This document shows, piece after piece, positions 20,268 through 30,405 of a stretch of DNA of 64,000 bases. A program made the translations under genes and the position numbers. The notes beneath the pieces were generated by a model. That model ran no database searches and was not told the DNA's origin. It saw only the letters and a list, made by a program, of their open reading frames with translations. Source of the DNA: an uncultured delta proteobacterium (lineage in GTDB: Bacteria > Myxococcota > Myxococcia > SLRQ01); the NCBI GenBank assembly GCA_963727485.1, contig CAVSGM010000011.1, positions 832,001-896,000 on the forward strand, given 5' to 3'. How positions within the stretch are numbered: position 1 is the first letter of the stretch; each line of letters begins with the position of its first letter.

Positions 20268-21434
20268 ATGGCCGAAGCGGTGATCCTCGACGCGGTGCGG
20301 ACCGCCCGGGGCAAGAAGAAGAACGGCAGCCTCCACGGCGTCCACCCCATGGACCTCGCGGCCCACGTCTACAACGCGGCCCTCGAGCGCACCGGCGTCG
20401 ACCCCATGACCGTCGACGACGTGATCATGGGCTGCGTGACCCAGGTCGGCGAGCAGGGGATGAACATCGGCCGGGGCGCGGTGCTGGCCTCGGGGATGCC
20501 CGTCGAGGTCGCCGGGGCCACGGTGAACCGCTTCTGCGGCTCGGGCCTCCAGGCGGTGAATCAGGGCGCCCAGGCGATCATGTCGGGGATGATGGACCTG
20601 GTCCTCGCCGGGGGCATCGAGTCCATGAGCCGGGTGCCCATGGGCTCGGACGCCATGGGCCCGGGGAAGGGTCCGGCGTCGCCGGGGCTCCTGAAGCACT
20701 TCCCGAACCTGGTGCCCCAGGGCGTCAGCGCCGAGATGATCGCCGAGAAGTGGAAGCTCACCCGCGACGACGTCGACGGCTTCGCCCTCATGAGCCAGGA
20801 GCGGGCGGCGAACGCCATCGAGAAGGGCTACTTCAAGAACGAGATCGTCCCGGTGGAGGTCGAAGGCGAGGACGGCACCAGGCGGATGTTCGATCGCGAC
20901 GAGCACGCCCGGCCCGGGACCACCCGCGAGGCCCTCGGCGGCCTGCCCACGGTGTTCAAGAAGGACGGCGTCATCACCGCCGGCAACAGCTCGGGGATCG
21001 TCGACGGCGCCGCGGTGGTCACCCTGGCCTCCGCCGAGCGCGCCAAGGCCCTCGGGATCAAGCCCCGGGCGAAGATCGTGTCCATGAGCGTGGTGGGCTC
21101 GGATCCGGTGCTGATGCTCACCGGCCCCATCCCCGCCGTGGGCAAGGCGCTGAAGAAGGCCGGGCTCACCATCGACGACATCGACCTCATCGAGATCAAC
21201 GAGGCCTTCGCGCCGGTGCCCATCGTCACCGCCAGGGAGACCGGGATGTCGATGGACAGGATCAACGTCAACGGCGGCGCCATCGCCCTGGGCCACCCGC
21301 TGGGGGCCACCGGCGCCATCCTGGTGGCCACGGTCTTGAACGAGCTCGAGCGCCGGGACCTGCGCCGGGGCCTGGTGACCCTGTGCATCGGCTACGGCAT
21401 GGGCATCGCCACCATCATCGACCGGGACGTCTAG
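20268..21434 (+). CDS. Acetyl-CoA C-acyltransferase (thiolase)
   Basis: NRFCGSG, NEAFA, GHPLGATG, LCIGYGMG. Confidence 0.95.
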   Translation: MAEAVILDAVRTARGKKKNGSLHGVHPMDLAAHVYNAALERTGVDPMTVDDVIMGCVTQVGEQGMNIGRGAVLASGMPVEVAGATVNRFCGSGLQAVNQGAQAIMSGMMDLVLAGGIESMSRVPMGSDAMGPGKGPASPGLLKHFPNLVPQGVSAEMIAEKWKLTRDDVDGFALMSQERAANAIEKGYFKNEIVPVEVEGEDGTRRMFDRDEHARPGTTREALGGLPTVFKKDGVITAGNSSGIVDGAAVVTLASAERAKALGIKPRAKIVSMSVVGSDPVLMLTGPIPAVGKALKKAGLTIDDIDLIEINEAFAPVPIVTARETGMSMDRINVNGGAIALGHPLGATGAILVATVLNELERRDLRRGLVTLCIGYGMGIATIIDRDV

Positions 21435-21547
21435 GGGGCCTGGCCGGCCCGGGGCCCCGCGGGGTTCCGCCCGGCTGCGCTTCGCAATAGGATCTGTGGC
21501 GGCCACGCCTCGGCGGCGCGGCCGCCTTTTTCGATCAAGGAGCAGCG

Positions 21548-22923
21548 ATGGTGTCCGTGACCCTGAGGATGTTGGCGCTCGTGGGGGTCGTCGCGGTGGC
21601 CGCCCCGGCCCTGGCCCAGGCGGCGGCGAAGGTGCCCGACGCGGCGGTGCAGGCGAAGGCCCAGGGCGACCAGTTCGCCCAGGCGGGGAACCTCCAGGCC
21701 GCCAAGGCGGCGTACGAGAAGGCGCTCAAGGCCGACCCCTCCTACGCCCTCGCCCACAACGAGCTGGGGACGACGTTCTTCAAGCTCGGGCGGCCCGCGC
21801 GCGCCATCGAGGAGTTCCAGGCGGCGGTGGGGTCGGACCCGAGCTACGCCACCGCCTGGTTCAACCTCGCCTACGCGGCGCGGAAGGCCAAGCGGTGGCC
21901 GGTGGCCATCGACGCCTACCGCAAGTACACGGCGCTCAAGCCCGACGACGCCGACGCCTGGTACGGCCTCGCCCAGTCCCTCGAGGCCAGCGGCGACAAG
22001 GCCGGCGCCGCCACCGCCTACGACGCCTACGCCGCCCACGAGCACCGCCCGAACCAGCAGCAGTGGGTCGCCAAGGCGAAGCAGAAGGCCCAGGCCCTGC
22101 GCCAGGAGGTCGCCCAGGCGGCGCAGGCGAAGCAGGCCGCCCAGGCGCAGCGGCAGCAGGGCAGGCGCAGCAGCAGCAGGCGGCGCAAGCGAGCCAGCGG
22201 CAGGCCGCCCCGGCGAACCAGCAGGCCCAGGCCGACGTGGCCGAAGGCGATCGGAAGATGAAGGCCAAGGACTACGCCGGCGCCACCGCCGCCTATGAGT
22301 CGGCGGTGCGGCTGGCGCCCAAGGACGTCGAGGCCCACTACAAGCTCGGCTACGCCTACGCCCTCGGCGGTCAGCTGGCCAAGGCGGTCCCCGAGTGGCA
22401 GACGGTGGTGCGCCTCGACCCGAACAACGCCGGGGCCAAGAAGAACATCGCGGTGGCGCAGAAGCGGCTCGACGCCCAGCGGAAGCAGGCGGCCCAGGCC
22501 CAGGCCCGGTCCCAGGCGGGGCAGGGCGGGGGACAGCAGGCCCCGGCCGGGGGCAAGGCCGCGGCGCGGAAGGCCTACGAGGACGGGGTGCGCCTCATCA
22601 ACGCCCGGAAGTACGGCGAGGCGGTCACCGCCCTGAGCCGCGCGATCCAGGACGACCCGACCCTGGCGGTGGCCTGGATCGCCCGGGGCAGCGCCTACGT
22701 GGGCGTGCGCCGGTACCACGAGGCCATCCAGGACTACGAGAAGGGCCACCAGCTCGCCCCGCAGATGGCCTCGCCCCTCTTCGGCCTCGGGGAGGCCCAC
22801 CGGGCCCTCGGCGAGAACGCCGACGCGGCGAAGTACTACGGGCAGTACGCCGAGAGCCACGCCCGGGACGCCGACGCGCACCTCCAGGACCTGGCCCGGC
22901 AGTGGGCCGCCCGGCTGCGCTGA
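21548..22923 (+). CDS. Secreted TPR-repeat protein; frameshift at about 22160
   Basis: Signal peptide; TPRs continue in a second frame after a CAG/GCG-rich linker. Confidence 0.85.
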
Positions 22924-22941
22924 GCCCGGGCCCTGAAACAC

Positions 22942-22974
22942 GAGAGGCCGAGGCGACGCGCGCCTCGGCCTCTC
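22942..22974. terminator. Perfect 14-bp inverted repeat, putative terminator
   Basis: GAGAGGCCGAGGCG-acgcg-CGCCTCGGCCTCTC just after the TPR gene stop, between convergent genes. Confidence 0.6.
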
Positions 22975-23170
22975 CCCTCTCCCGGCCGCGGGGGTTGCCC
23001 GCGACCTGCGTCCCCCTTTGAGCAAAGGGCGGACCAGACGTCCAGCCCCTTGGAATCATTGGAATGGGCCCGGCTCCGGGCCCGGCACCCGACGCCAAAC
23101 CGCGACATCGGCGTCAGGGTGCGTCGGGACCTGCGCAGCCAGGCGCCGCCGAAGCCCCTCGCCCAGCCGG

Positions 23171-23542
23171 CTACCGCCTGGCGGGCTTCTTGTGGCCCCG
23201 GTGACAGGTCCAGCAGGTCACCTTCTCGGCCTTGGGGAAGTTGAGGAACTGCCCGTTGATGGCGTGGACCATCTTCATCATGTGCCGGGCGGCCATCTTG
23301 GGCTTCTTGGTGTCCGAGTCGAAGTGGTGCTTCACGTGGCAGAACTCGCACTTCACGCCCAGGGACTTGGAGACCCCCTTCATGACCTTCTTGATCTGGT
23401 CCTTGGAGATGTCCTTGGGGAGGATCTTGAGGTTCTTGGCGTGCCAGGCGTCGTCGGCGCGGACCGCCCGGGGGGCGGCGAGCAGCCCGCCGACGCCGAG
23501 GGCTGCGAGGAGCGTGACGAGAGTGAGGTGGGTCTTGAGCAT
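23171..23542 (-). CDS. Small periplasmic diheme c-type cytochrome
   Basis: Signal peptide, KNLKIL, SLGVKCEFCH, VTCWTCHRG; CAGGAG RBS. Confidence 0.88.
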   Translation of the reverse strand: MLKTHLTLVTLLAALGVGGLLAAPRAVRADDAWHAKNLKILPKDISKDQIKKVMKGVSKSLGVKCEFCHVKHHFDSDTKKPKMAARHMMKMVHAINGQFLNFPKAEKVTCWTCHRGHKKPARR

Positions 23543-23640
23543 GTGAAACTCCTGGGTGAGTGGGTGGAGATCCCATACCACAGGGTCCCGGGGCGGGCGC
23601 GGCGTTGCGGCTTGCCGGTGCGGGCGGTAGACCATCCCCG

Positions 23641-24567
23641 ATGCCCACCGCCGACTTCGACTCCCCGGACGCCGTCGCCGCCGCCCTCGCCGCCGCCGGC
23701 TACCTCCCCTCCACGGGGATCGCCACCTCGGTCTTCCTCGCCGACCACCTGGAGAAGCCCATCCTCGTCGAGGGCCCGGCCGGGGTGGGGAAGACCGAGC
23801 TCGCCCGGGCGCTCGCCCGGGCCACCGGCCGCGAGCTGGTGAGGCTCCAGTGCTACGAGGGCCTCGACGAGGCCAAGGCCCTCTACGAGTGGGCCTACGG
23901 CAAGCAGCTGCTCTACACCCAGCTCCTCAAGGAGAAGATCGACGAGATCGTCGCCGGGACGCACGGCTTCCAGGAGGCCGTCGACCGGGTGAGCGAGGTG
24001 GAGGAGGTCTTCTTCAGCGAGCGCTTCCTCCTGGCCCGCCCGCTCCTCAAGGCCCTGCGCAGCGAGACCCCGGCGGTGCTCCTGGTGGACGAGGTCGACA
24101 AGTCGGACCCCGAGTTCGAGGCGATGCTCCTCGAGGTGCTCTCCGACTTCGCGGTCACCGTCCCCGAGATCGGCACCATCGTCGCCGCCCATAGGCCCCG
24201 GGTGATCCTGACGTCGAACAACGTCCGGGAGATGAGCGACGCCCTCAAGCGCCGGTGCCTGCACCTGTTCATCGACTACCCCGACCCCGAGCGCGAGCGC
24301 GCGATCCTCCACCAGCACGTGCCGGACCTCGGCGCGCGCCTGGCCCAGGAGATCGTCGAGGTGGTCGACCGGGTGCGGCGCCTCGACCTCAAGAAGGCGC
24401 CCTCGGTGAGCGAGAGCATCGACTGGGCGCGGGCGCTGATGGCGCTGGGCGCCGAGCACCTCGACCCCGAGCTCGTGGACCGGACCCTGGACGTGATCCT
24501 CAAGTACCAGGGCGACCTGGAGCGGGCCCGGGAGGCGCTGGCCGACGCCAAGGGCAGCTACACGTAG
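23641..24567 (+). CDS. MoxR-family AAA+ ATPase (CoxD-like)
   Basis: EGPAGVGKTE, RLQCYEGLD, LLVDEVDKSD, SDALKRRC. Confidence 0.92.
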   Translation: MPTADFDSPDAVAAALAAAGYLPSTGIATSVFLADHLEKPILVEGPAGVGKTELARALARATGRELVRLQCYEGLDEAKALYEWAYGKQLLYTQLLKEKIDEIVAGTHGFQEAVDRVSEVEEVFFSERFLLARPLLKALRSETPAVLLVDEVDKSDPEFEAMLLEVLSDFAVTVPEIGTIVAAHRPRVILTSNNVREMSDALKRRCLHLFIDYPDPERERAILHQHVPDLGARLAQEIVEVVDRVRRLDLKKAPSVSESIDWARALMALGAEHLDPELVDRTLDVILKYQGDLERAREALADAKGSYT

Positions 24568-25424
24568 AGCAGCACCGCCGAGAGGACCAGCCACGCCGCC
24601 ACCGTGGCGATCATCCCCGGGTCGGTGAGGGCCACGCGGGTCGGGTCCTCGCCGTGGCCCCGGACCTCCACCAGCCACAGGTAGCGCAGGATCCCGTAGA
24701 GGACGACCGGCGCGGTGGTGAGCATCCGCAGGTCGCCGACCCGGGCGACGGTGGCCGGGCTCACGCAGTAGAGGGCGTAGGCGATGGCGGTGGCCGCGGC
24801 GAGCATCACCTGGATCGCCTGGAGGAACGGCACGGTGTAGTGCTCGAGGACCGCCCGGGCCCTCGGCGCGCCCTCGGCGCCGGCGAGCTCCTGGCGCCGC
24901 TTGGCGAAGCCGAGGAAGAGGGCCAGCAGCCCGGTGACCACCAGGATCCACGGCGAGGTCGGCACCCGGATCACCCAGGCCCCGGAGAGGACCCGGAGCA
25001 CGAAGCCCGAGGCGACGACCATCACGTCGAGGATCACCAGGTGCTTCACCCAGAGGCTGTAGAGGGCGTTGAAGGCCACGTAGGCGGCGAGGAGGGCGCC
25101 GACGCCGACGGAGAGGAGGAAGCCACCGACCAGGCCCCCGGTGACCAGGACGAGCGCCGCCACCACCGCGAGCCAGGCGGGGAGGGCGCCCGAGGCCAGC
25201 GGCCGGCCCTGCTTCTCCGGGTGGAGGCGGTCGGCCTCGAGGTCGGCGAGGTCGTTGCCCAGGTACACCGCGCTCGCCACCGCGCACCAGGCGGCGAAGG
25301 CCAGGAGCGCCAGCACCACCGCGTGGCGGTCGTCGAGGCGACGGGCGAAGAGGAGCGGGCCGAGGACGAAGAGGTTCTTGACCCACTGGGCGGGGCGGAT
25401 CGCCCGCAGGAGGCTGCGCAGCAC
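24558..25424 (-). CDS. UbiA-family decaprenyl-phosphate phosphoribosyltransferase-like protein
   Basis: RPAQWVKN, NDLADLEADRLHPEK..RPLASG, KRRQEL. Confidence 0.9.
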   Translation of the reverse strand: MLRSLLRAIRPAQWVKNLFVLGPLLFARRLDDRHAVVLALLAFAAWCAVASAVYLGNDLADLEADRLHPEKQGRPLASGALPAWLAVVAALVLVTGGLVGGFLLSVGVGALLAAYVAFNALYSLWVKHLVILDVMVVASGFVLRVLSGAWVIRVPTSPWILVVTGLLALFLGFAKRRQELAGAEGAPRARAVLEHYTVPFLQAIQVMLAAATAIAYALYCVSPATVARVGDLRMLTTAPVVLYGILRYLWLVEVRGHGEDPTRVALTDPGMIATVAAWLVLSAVLLYV

Positions 25425-25500
25425 GCCGCCATGGTACCCGATGGCTGCCCTGCCTCAAGAAGTCTGGTAGCCTGCGGTCCGCATGCTGCCGGAGGGATCC

Positions 25501-26643
25501 ATGCGCCGTCGCCTCGCCGTGTTCGCGGTCCTCGCTGCCGCCGCTCTTGGCCCCGGGTCCGCCCGCGCCGACGGGGTCCAGGCGCCCGCGCCCAAGGCCG
25601 CCGCCAAGGCCGCCGACACCCCGCTCCCCTCCATCGCCGTCCTCGACCTCAAGGCCGGCGACGGGGTCTCCAAGGCCCTCATCCACTTCGTCACCGGCGC
25701 CGTGGCCCGGGCCGCCCAGAGCACCGAGGCCTTCCGGGTCATCTCCGCCGACGACATCCGGGCGCTCCTGTCCCTGGAGGCCACCAAGCAGGCCTGCGGC
25801 GCCGGGAGCCCCAGCTGCCTGGCGGAGATCGGCGGGGCGCTCGGGGCCGACTACATGATCAGCGGGAGCCTCGACCAGGTCGGCGACAAGCTGAACCTCT
25901 CGCTCTCGCTCCTCGACGTGAAGCGCGCCGCCAACGTCTCCCGGGCCAGCCGGGCCTTCAAGGCCGGCGACCAGTCGGCCCTCTTCGACATCGTCCCGGC
26001 GGCGACCACCACCCTCCTCGCCAAGGCCATGAAGGGCCGCCAGGGCACCCTGGTCGTCTCGGTGACCGAGGCCGGGGCCTCGGTGAAGCTCGACGGGACC
26101 CTCGTCGGCGTCTCGCCGCTGGCCCCCCGGAAGATCCCCGCCGGCGCCCACCTGGTGGAGGTGGAGAAGACCGGCTTCGTGCGGCAGCAGGCCCAGGTGC
26201 GGGTCCGCGCCGGGCAGACCACCGCCCAGACCGTGGCCATGGTCCCCTCGCCGGACTTCCTCCAGACCTACGAGACCCACGCCCGGCGGATGCGCCTCGG
26301 GGCCTGGATCTCCACGGGGGTCGCCGCCCTGGCCATCGGCACGGCGCTCGTCTTCAACGCCCGCGCCGACGGGGTCTACGGGAGCTTCCGCACCGCCCGC
26401 GACCAGTTCCAGGCCGGCGGGGGCACCGACCCCACCGCCTACGCCAACCTCCAGAGCCTCGCCAGCGAGGGGCAGGGGGACCAGACCGCGTCCTTCGTGG
26501 GCTTCGGGGTCGCCGGGGCCGCCGCCGTGGCCTCGGCCTACTTCTGGATCGCCGGCGACGACCCCGGGCGCTACGCCTCGGTCCGCCTCTCGGCCGCGCC
26601 GACCCCCCACGGGGGCTTCGCCCTCGCCTCGGTGCGCTTCTAG
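25501..26643 (+). CDS. PEGA-domain protein
   Basis: Signal peptide, CLAEIGGALGAD segment, PEGA (GASVKLDG...GAHLVEVEKTGF), C-terminal TM-like segments. Confidence 0.85.
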   Translation: MRRRLAVFAVLAAAALGPGSARADGVQAPAPKAAAKAADTPLPSIAVLDLKAGDGVSKALIHFVTGAVARAAQSTEAFRVISADDIRALLSLEATKQACGAGSPSCLAEIGGALGADYMISGSLDQVGDKLNLSLSLLDVKRAANVSRASRAFKAGDQSALFDIVPAATTTLLAKAMKGRQGTLVVSVTEAGASVKLDGTLVGVSPLAPRKIPAGAHLVEVEKTGFVRQQAQVRVRAGQTTAQTVAMVPSPDFLQTYETHARRMRLGAWISTGVAALAIGTALVFNARADGVYGSFRTARDQFQAGGGTDPTAYANLQSLASEGQGDQTASFVGFGVAGAAAVASAYFWIAGDDPGRYASVRLSAAPTPHGGFALASVRF

Positions 26644-26680
26644 GGCCCCGGCCGGGGGGCGTGGTAGGCTCACGGCGGGC

Positions 26681-27400
26681 ATGGTCACGAGGCCGAGAGG
26701 CCGTGACATGGGATTCGTGCGCCCTGGCGCCCCGGTCGCAGGCCGCGGAGCCCACATGCCTGCCACCGAGCGACCCCGCCGCGTCCTGGAGCACCTCGAG
26801 ACGTCGGTGGCGCCGACCCTCCTGCGGATGCGCGTCTTCGAGCGCACCACGCCGCTGGCGGCCCGGGAGGTCCTGTGGCTGGTGCGCAAGGGCCTGGTCC
26901 GGGCCCAGGCGGTCGGGCGCCGGCCGATGCTGGTGGACGTCTTCGGCCCCGGGAGCCTGGCCTCCCTCGGCGACCGGTCGGGACGGGCCCAGGAGGCCCT
27001 GGTCGCCGACGCTGGCACCGAGGTGGTGGAGATCGGCACCGACGGGCTGGTGGACCTCGGCCGCCGGCACCCGGAGGTGGTCGCCGGCATCGCCCTGGCC
27101 CTCGACCGGCAGCGGGCGGTGCTCCGGGAGCGGGTGGCGGTGCGCCAGCGGGGCCGGGTGGCCGACCAGCTCGCCGCGGGCCTCGACCTCCTCGCCGGAG
27201 AGGTCGGCGTCCCCTGCAGCCGCGGCCTCGGCGATCACGTCGACCTGGTGGGCCTCTCGCACCAGGATCTCGCGGACCTGGTGGGCTCGTCCCGGTCCTA
27301 CGTGAGCACCACCCTGGCCCAGCTCCAGCGCGAGGGCTGGGTGCGCGCCGAGGGCCCGCGCCACCTCTGTCTGGGGCCCGCCCTCCGCCTCCTGCGCTGA
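26681..27400 (+). CDS. Crp/Fnr-family transcriptional regulator (MrpC-like HTH)
   Basis: Degenerate cNMP-binding barrel plus SHQDLADLVGSSRSYVSTTL HTH; start uncertain. Confidence 0.85.
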   Translation: MVTRPRGRDMGFVRPGAPVAGRGAHMPATERPRRVLEHLETSVAPTLLRMRVFERTTPLAAREVLWLVRKGLVRAQAVGRRPMLVDVFGPGSLASLGDRSGRAQEALVADAGTEVVEIGTDGLVDLGRRHPEVVAGIALALDRQRAVLRERVAVRQRGRVADQLAAGLDLLAGEVGVPCSRGLGDHVDLVGLSHQDLADLVGSSRSYVSTTLAQLQREGWVRAEGPRHLCLGPALRLLR

Positions 27401-27439
27401 TTCTCGCGGCCGCCGTGGGCCCATGCTAGGTTTCCCGCG

Positions 27440-28588
27440 GTGCGCCGGGTCATCGTAGAGGACGGGATCGTGGTCACCGGGGACGGCCGGGTGATCGACG
27501 GGGGGACGGTGGTCGTCGAGGGGGCCGAGGTGCAGGCGGTCCTCGAGGCGGGCGCCGACCTCGAGCCCCACCCGGGGGACTGGCGGATCCCCGCCGACGG
27601 CCGCCTGGTCACCGCGGGCCTGGTCGACGGCTTCACCGCGCTGCCGGCCCCCGCCGAGCGGGCGGCGTCGCGGCTGGTCGAGGCGGTGGCCGCCGGGGTC
27701 ACCACCGCCTTCGCCACCGCCGCCCCCGGCGACTGCCCCCGCCTCGCCGACTTCGCCCTCCGCCTGGGGGTGCGCCTCTGCCTCGCGCCCTGGTCCGCGT
27801 CCGCGCCCCCGGCGGTGGCGGCGGTGCGCGAGGTGGCCGAGCGGGCGGCCCGGGGCCGCGGCCGCCTCCACCCGGCGGTGGTCGTCCCCGACGGCGCGAC
27901 CGCCGGTCCCGACGTCCTCGACGCGGCCCGCTCACTCGCCCGGGAGCTCGGCGCGCCACTCCTGCTCCCGGTGGCCCGGGACGACGAGGCCCTCTCCCGG
28001 AGCTTCGCCCGCTTCGACGCCCGGCCCGTGGAGCGCCTCGACGCCCTGGGTCTCCTCGAGGCCCGGACGGTCCTGGTCCACGGGAACGTCCTCGACGCCG
28101 GGGAGCTCGACGCGGTGGCCTCGGCGGGGAGCGTGCTCTGCGCGGTCCCCCGGGAGGCGCCCGCCGGCGTCCCCACCGCCCTCTGCGCCCGGGCGTCGGC
28201 CCGGGGCGTGGCCCTGGCGCTGGGCACCGGCGCCACCGGGGGCTCCCCCCTGGCCGAGGTCGCGGTGGGGGCGGTGCGCGGCGACGATCCCGTGGCCCTC
28301 GCCGACGCCCTCGCCGGGGGCGCCCGGCTCCTCACCGCGATCCTGGGCAGCGCCGCCGGGCGCCTGGTCCCCGGGGAGCAGGCCGACGTGGTGGTCCACG
28401 GCTGGCGACCGGATCGGGCCCTCGACCCGGTCGCCTGGACCGCGGCCATCCCCTGGGGGACCCGCGCCGCGTGGTCGATCATCGGCGGCGAGGTGGTCCT
28501 CCGGGAGGGGCGGCTCCTCGGGGTCGACGCCCGGGCCGTGGCCGACGCCGCCCGGCGGGTGCCGGGGCAGCCCCCACTCCCCGAGTGA
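27440..28588 (+). CDS. Amidohydrolase-fold protein (SsnA/deaminase-like), metal site degenerate
   Basis: N-terminal beta domain, LVHG, GRLVPGEQADVVV, IIGGEVVLREG; HxH motif absent. Confidence 0.8.
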   Translation: MRRVIVEDGIVVTGDGRVIDGGTVVVEGAEVQAVLEAGADLEPHPGDWRIPADGRLVTAGLVDGFTALPAPAERAASRLVEAVAAGVTTAFATAAPGDCPRLADFALRLGVRLCLAPWSASAPPAVAAVREVAERAARGRGRLHPAVVVPDGATAGPDVLDAARSLARELGAPLLLPVARDDEALSRSFARFDARPVERLDALGLLEARTVLVHGNVLDAGELDAVASAGSVLCAVPREAPAGVPTALCARASARGVALALGTGATGGSPLAEVAVGAVRGDDPVALADALAGGARLLTAILGSAAGRLVPGEQADVVVHGWRPDRALDPVAWTAAIPWGTRAAWSIIGGEVVLREGRLLGVDARAVADAARRVPGQPPLPE

Positions 28589-28648
28589 CAGCCCGGCGTG
28601 TTAGGGTGGAACCCGGTGGCAGCCTGACGCCGCCGAAGGGGGGAGCCC

Positions 28649-29047
28649 ATGTCGGGGGACACCACGGCCTCCGTCCTCCTGGTGGAGGACAACCCGGACC
28701 ACGCCTTGCTCACCAAGCTGGCCATCGGCCGCCTCGATGAAGTGCGCGAGGTGCGTGTGGTCGACGACGGCCTCAAGGCCCTCGAGCTCTTGCGCCACGG
28801 GGTCCGCCCGGACCTGATCCTCCTGGATCTGAAGCTCCCGGGCCTCGACGGCTTCGACGTCCTCGAGGCCCTGCGCGCCGACGCCTCGCTCCGGGGCATC
28901 CCGGTGGTCGTCCTCTCCACCTCGAGCGCCGACGGCGACCGCAGCCGGGTCGCGGACCTCGGGGCCGTGGGCTACCTCGACAAGCCCGTGGACGTCGACG
29001 CCCTCCGGCGCCTCCTCGGCGAGGGCGCGCCGCCCGCCTCGCCCTGA
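28649..29047 (+). CDS. Single-domain response regulator
   Basis: LLVEDN, PDLILLDLKLP, VVLSTS, KP. Confidence 0.92.
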   Translation: MSGDTTASVLLVEDNPDHALLTKLAIGRLDEVREVRVVDDGLKALELLRHGVRPDLILLDLKLPGLDGFDVLEALRADASLRGIPVVVLSTSSADGDRSRVADLGAVGYLDKPVDVDALRRLLGEGAPPASP

Positions 29048-29107
29048 CGCGGGGCGGGGGACCTTACCCACGGGCCGTCGTCTTGCGCCGGTTTTCCGCC
29101 GGTTGCT

Positions 29108-30373
29108 ATGCTCGACTCGCCGCATCAGGGGCAGTTGGGAGCGCCTACGACCTTGGCACGCACGGGCATCAAGTACGGCAAGTACACCCTCATCGACCGG
29201 ATCGCGGTCGGGGGCATGGCCGAGATCTTCCTCGCCCGGCAGGCCGGCCTCGAGGGCTTCGAGAAGACCATCGTCATCAAGCGGATCCGGCCGCACCTGG
29301 GCAAGCAGCCGAGCTTCGTGAAGATGTTCCTCAACGAGGCGAAGCTCGCCGCCCAGCTCGACCACCCCAACATCGTCCAGATCTACGACCTCGGTAAGAT
29401 CGCCGACACGTACTTCATCGCCATGGAGTACATCTTCGGCCGCGACATGCGCCGGGTGATCCCCAAGGCCGAGTCCATGGGGATCCCCTTCCCCATGGTC
29501 TACGCCCTGAAGATCGTGTCGAGCGTCTGCGAGGGCCTCTACTACGCCCACCAGAAGGGGGACATCTACGGGAACCCCTTGAACATCGTCCACCGCGACG
29601 TCACCCCGGAGAACATCTTCGTCTCCTTCGACGGCACGGTGAAGGTCCTCGACTTCGGCATCGCCAAGGCGGCCAACCAGATCGAGCAGACCCGCGCCGG
29701 GGAGATCAAGGGCAAGCTCTCGTACATGTCGCCGGAGCAGGTGGTGGGCAAGGCCCTCGACGCCCGCTCGGACATCTTCAGCCTCGGCGTGGTCCTCTAC
29801 GAGTGGATCACCGGCTTCAAGCTGTTCACCGGCGAGAACGAGGTCGCCATCCTCAAGTCGATCAGCGAGGGCAAGATCTACGCCCCCAGCTACTTCAAGG
29901 CGGACATCCCCGAGGCGGTCGAGCACATCCTGATGAAGGCGCTCGACAAGGACCGGGAGCAGCGCTACCAGACCGCCTGGGAGATGCAGTACGACATCGA
30001 CCAGTTCTTGAGCGAGTACGAGTTCACCCCCTCGAACATCCACCTCTCCAACTTTCTCAAGCAGCTGTTCAGCGACGAGCTCGAGGAGGAGAAGAAGCGC
30101 CTGCTCTCCGAGGGGGCGCCGCTGCCGGTGGAAGAGGCGGTGGAGGACGACGAGGACGATGGCGTCGAGGTCACCTTCGACAATCGCACGGTGGTTGCCG
30201 ACGGCAACGCCGTGGTCCGCCTCGAGCCCCAGACCCAGGGCGATACCACGGTGGTGCCCATCAAGCTCCCCGCCGGCGAGTTCGCCTACCTCGAGGAGGT
30301 GGCGCGCCGCCATGGGATCACCGTGGCGGCCCTGGTCCACGAGCTCCTCGCCGGCTACCTGCGCTTCCACTAG
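29108..30373 (+). CDS. Cytoplasmic Ser/Thr protein kinase with C-terminal ribbon-helix-helix-like domain
   Basis: [26 protein letters not shown]; real start may be TTG 29153 because TTGCGC-N18-TATGCT overlaps ATG 29108. Confidence 0.93.
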   Translation: MLDSPHQGQLGAPTTLARTGIKYGKYTLIDRIAVGGMAEIFLARQAGLEGFEKTIVIKRIRPHLGKQPSFVKMFLNEAKLAAQLDHPNIVQIYDLGKIADTYFIAMEYIFGRDMRRVIPKAESMGIPFPMVYALKIVSSVCEGLYYAHQKGDIYGNPLNIVHRDVTPENIFVSFDGTVKVLDFGIAKAANQIEQTRAGEIKGKLSYMSPEQVVGKALDARSDIFSLGVVLYEWITGFKLFTGENEVAILKSISEGKIYAPSYFKADIPEAVEHILMKALDKDREQRYQTAWEMQYDIDQFLSEYEFTPSNIHLSNFLKQLFSDELEEEKKRLLSEGAPLPVEEAVEDDEDDGVEVTFDNRTVVADGNAVVRLEPQTQGDTTVVPIKLPAGEFAYLEEVARRHGITVAALVHELLAGYLRFH

Positions 30374-30405
30374 GCGCGGGATCCCAAGAGGTCGTGCGGT
30401 GACCA

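Noticed and set aside
18027..21506. 1159-aa apparent fusion ORF
   Set aside because: Only 18027-19013 (CPBP) is credible; the rest is antisense to the kinase and thiolase
23040..23075. AT-richer TTGGAATCATTGGAAT intergenic motif
   Set aside because: Single occurrence; cannot be assigned to a regulator or repeat family
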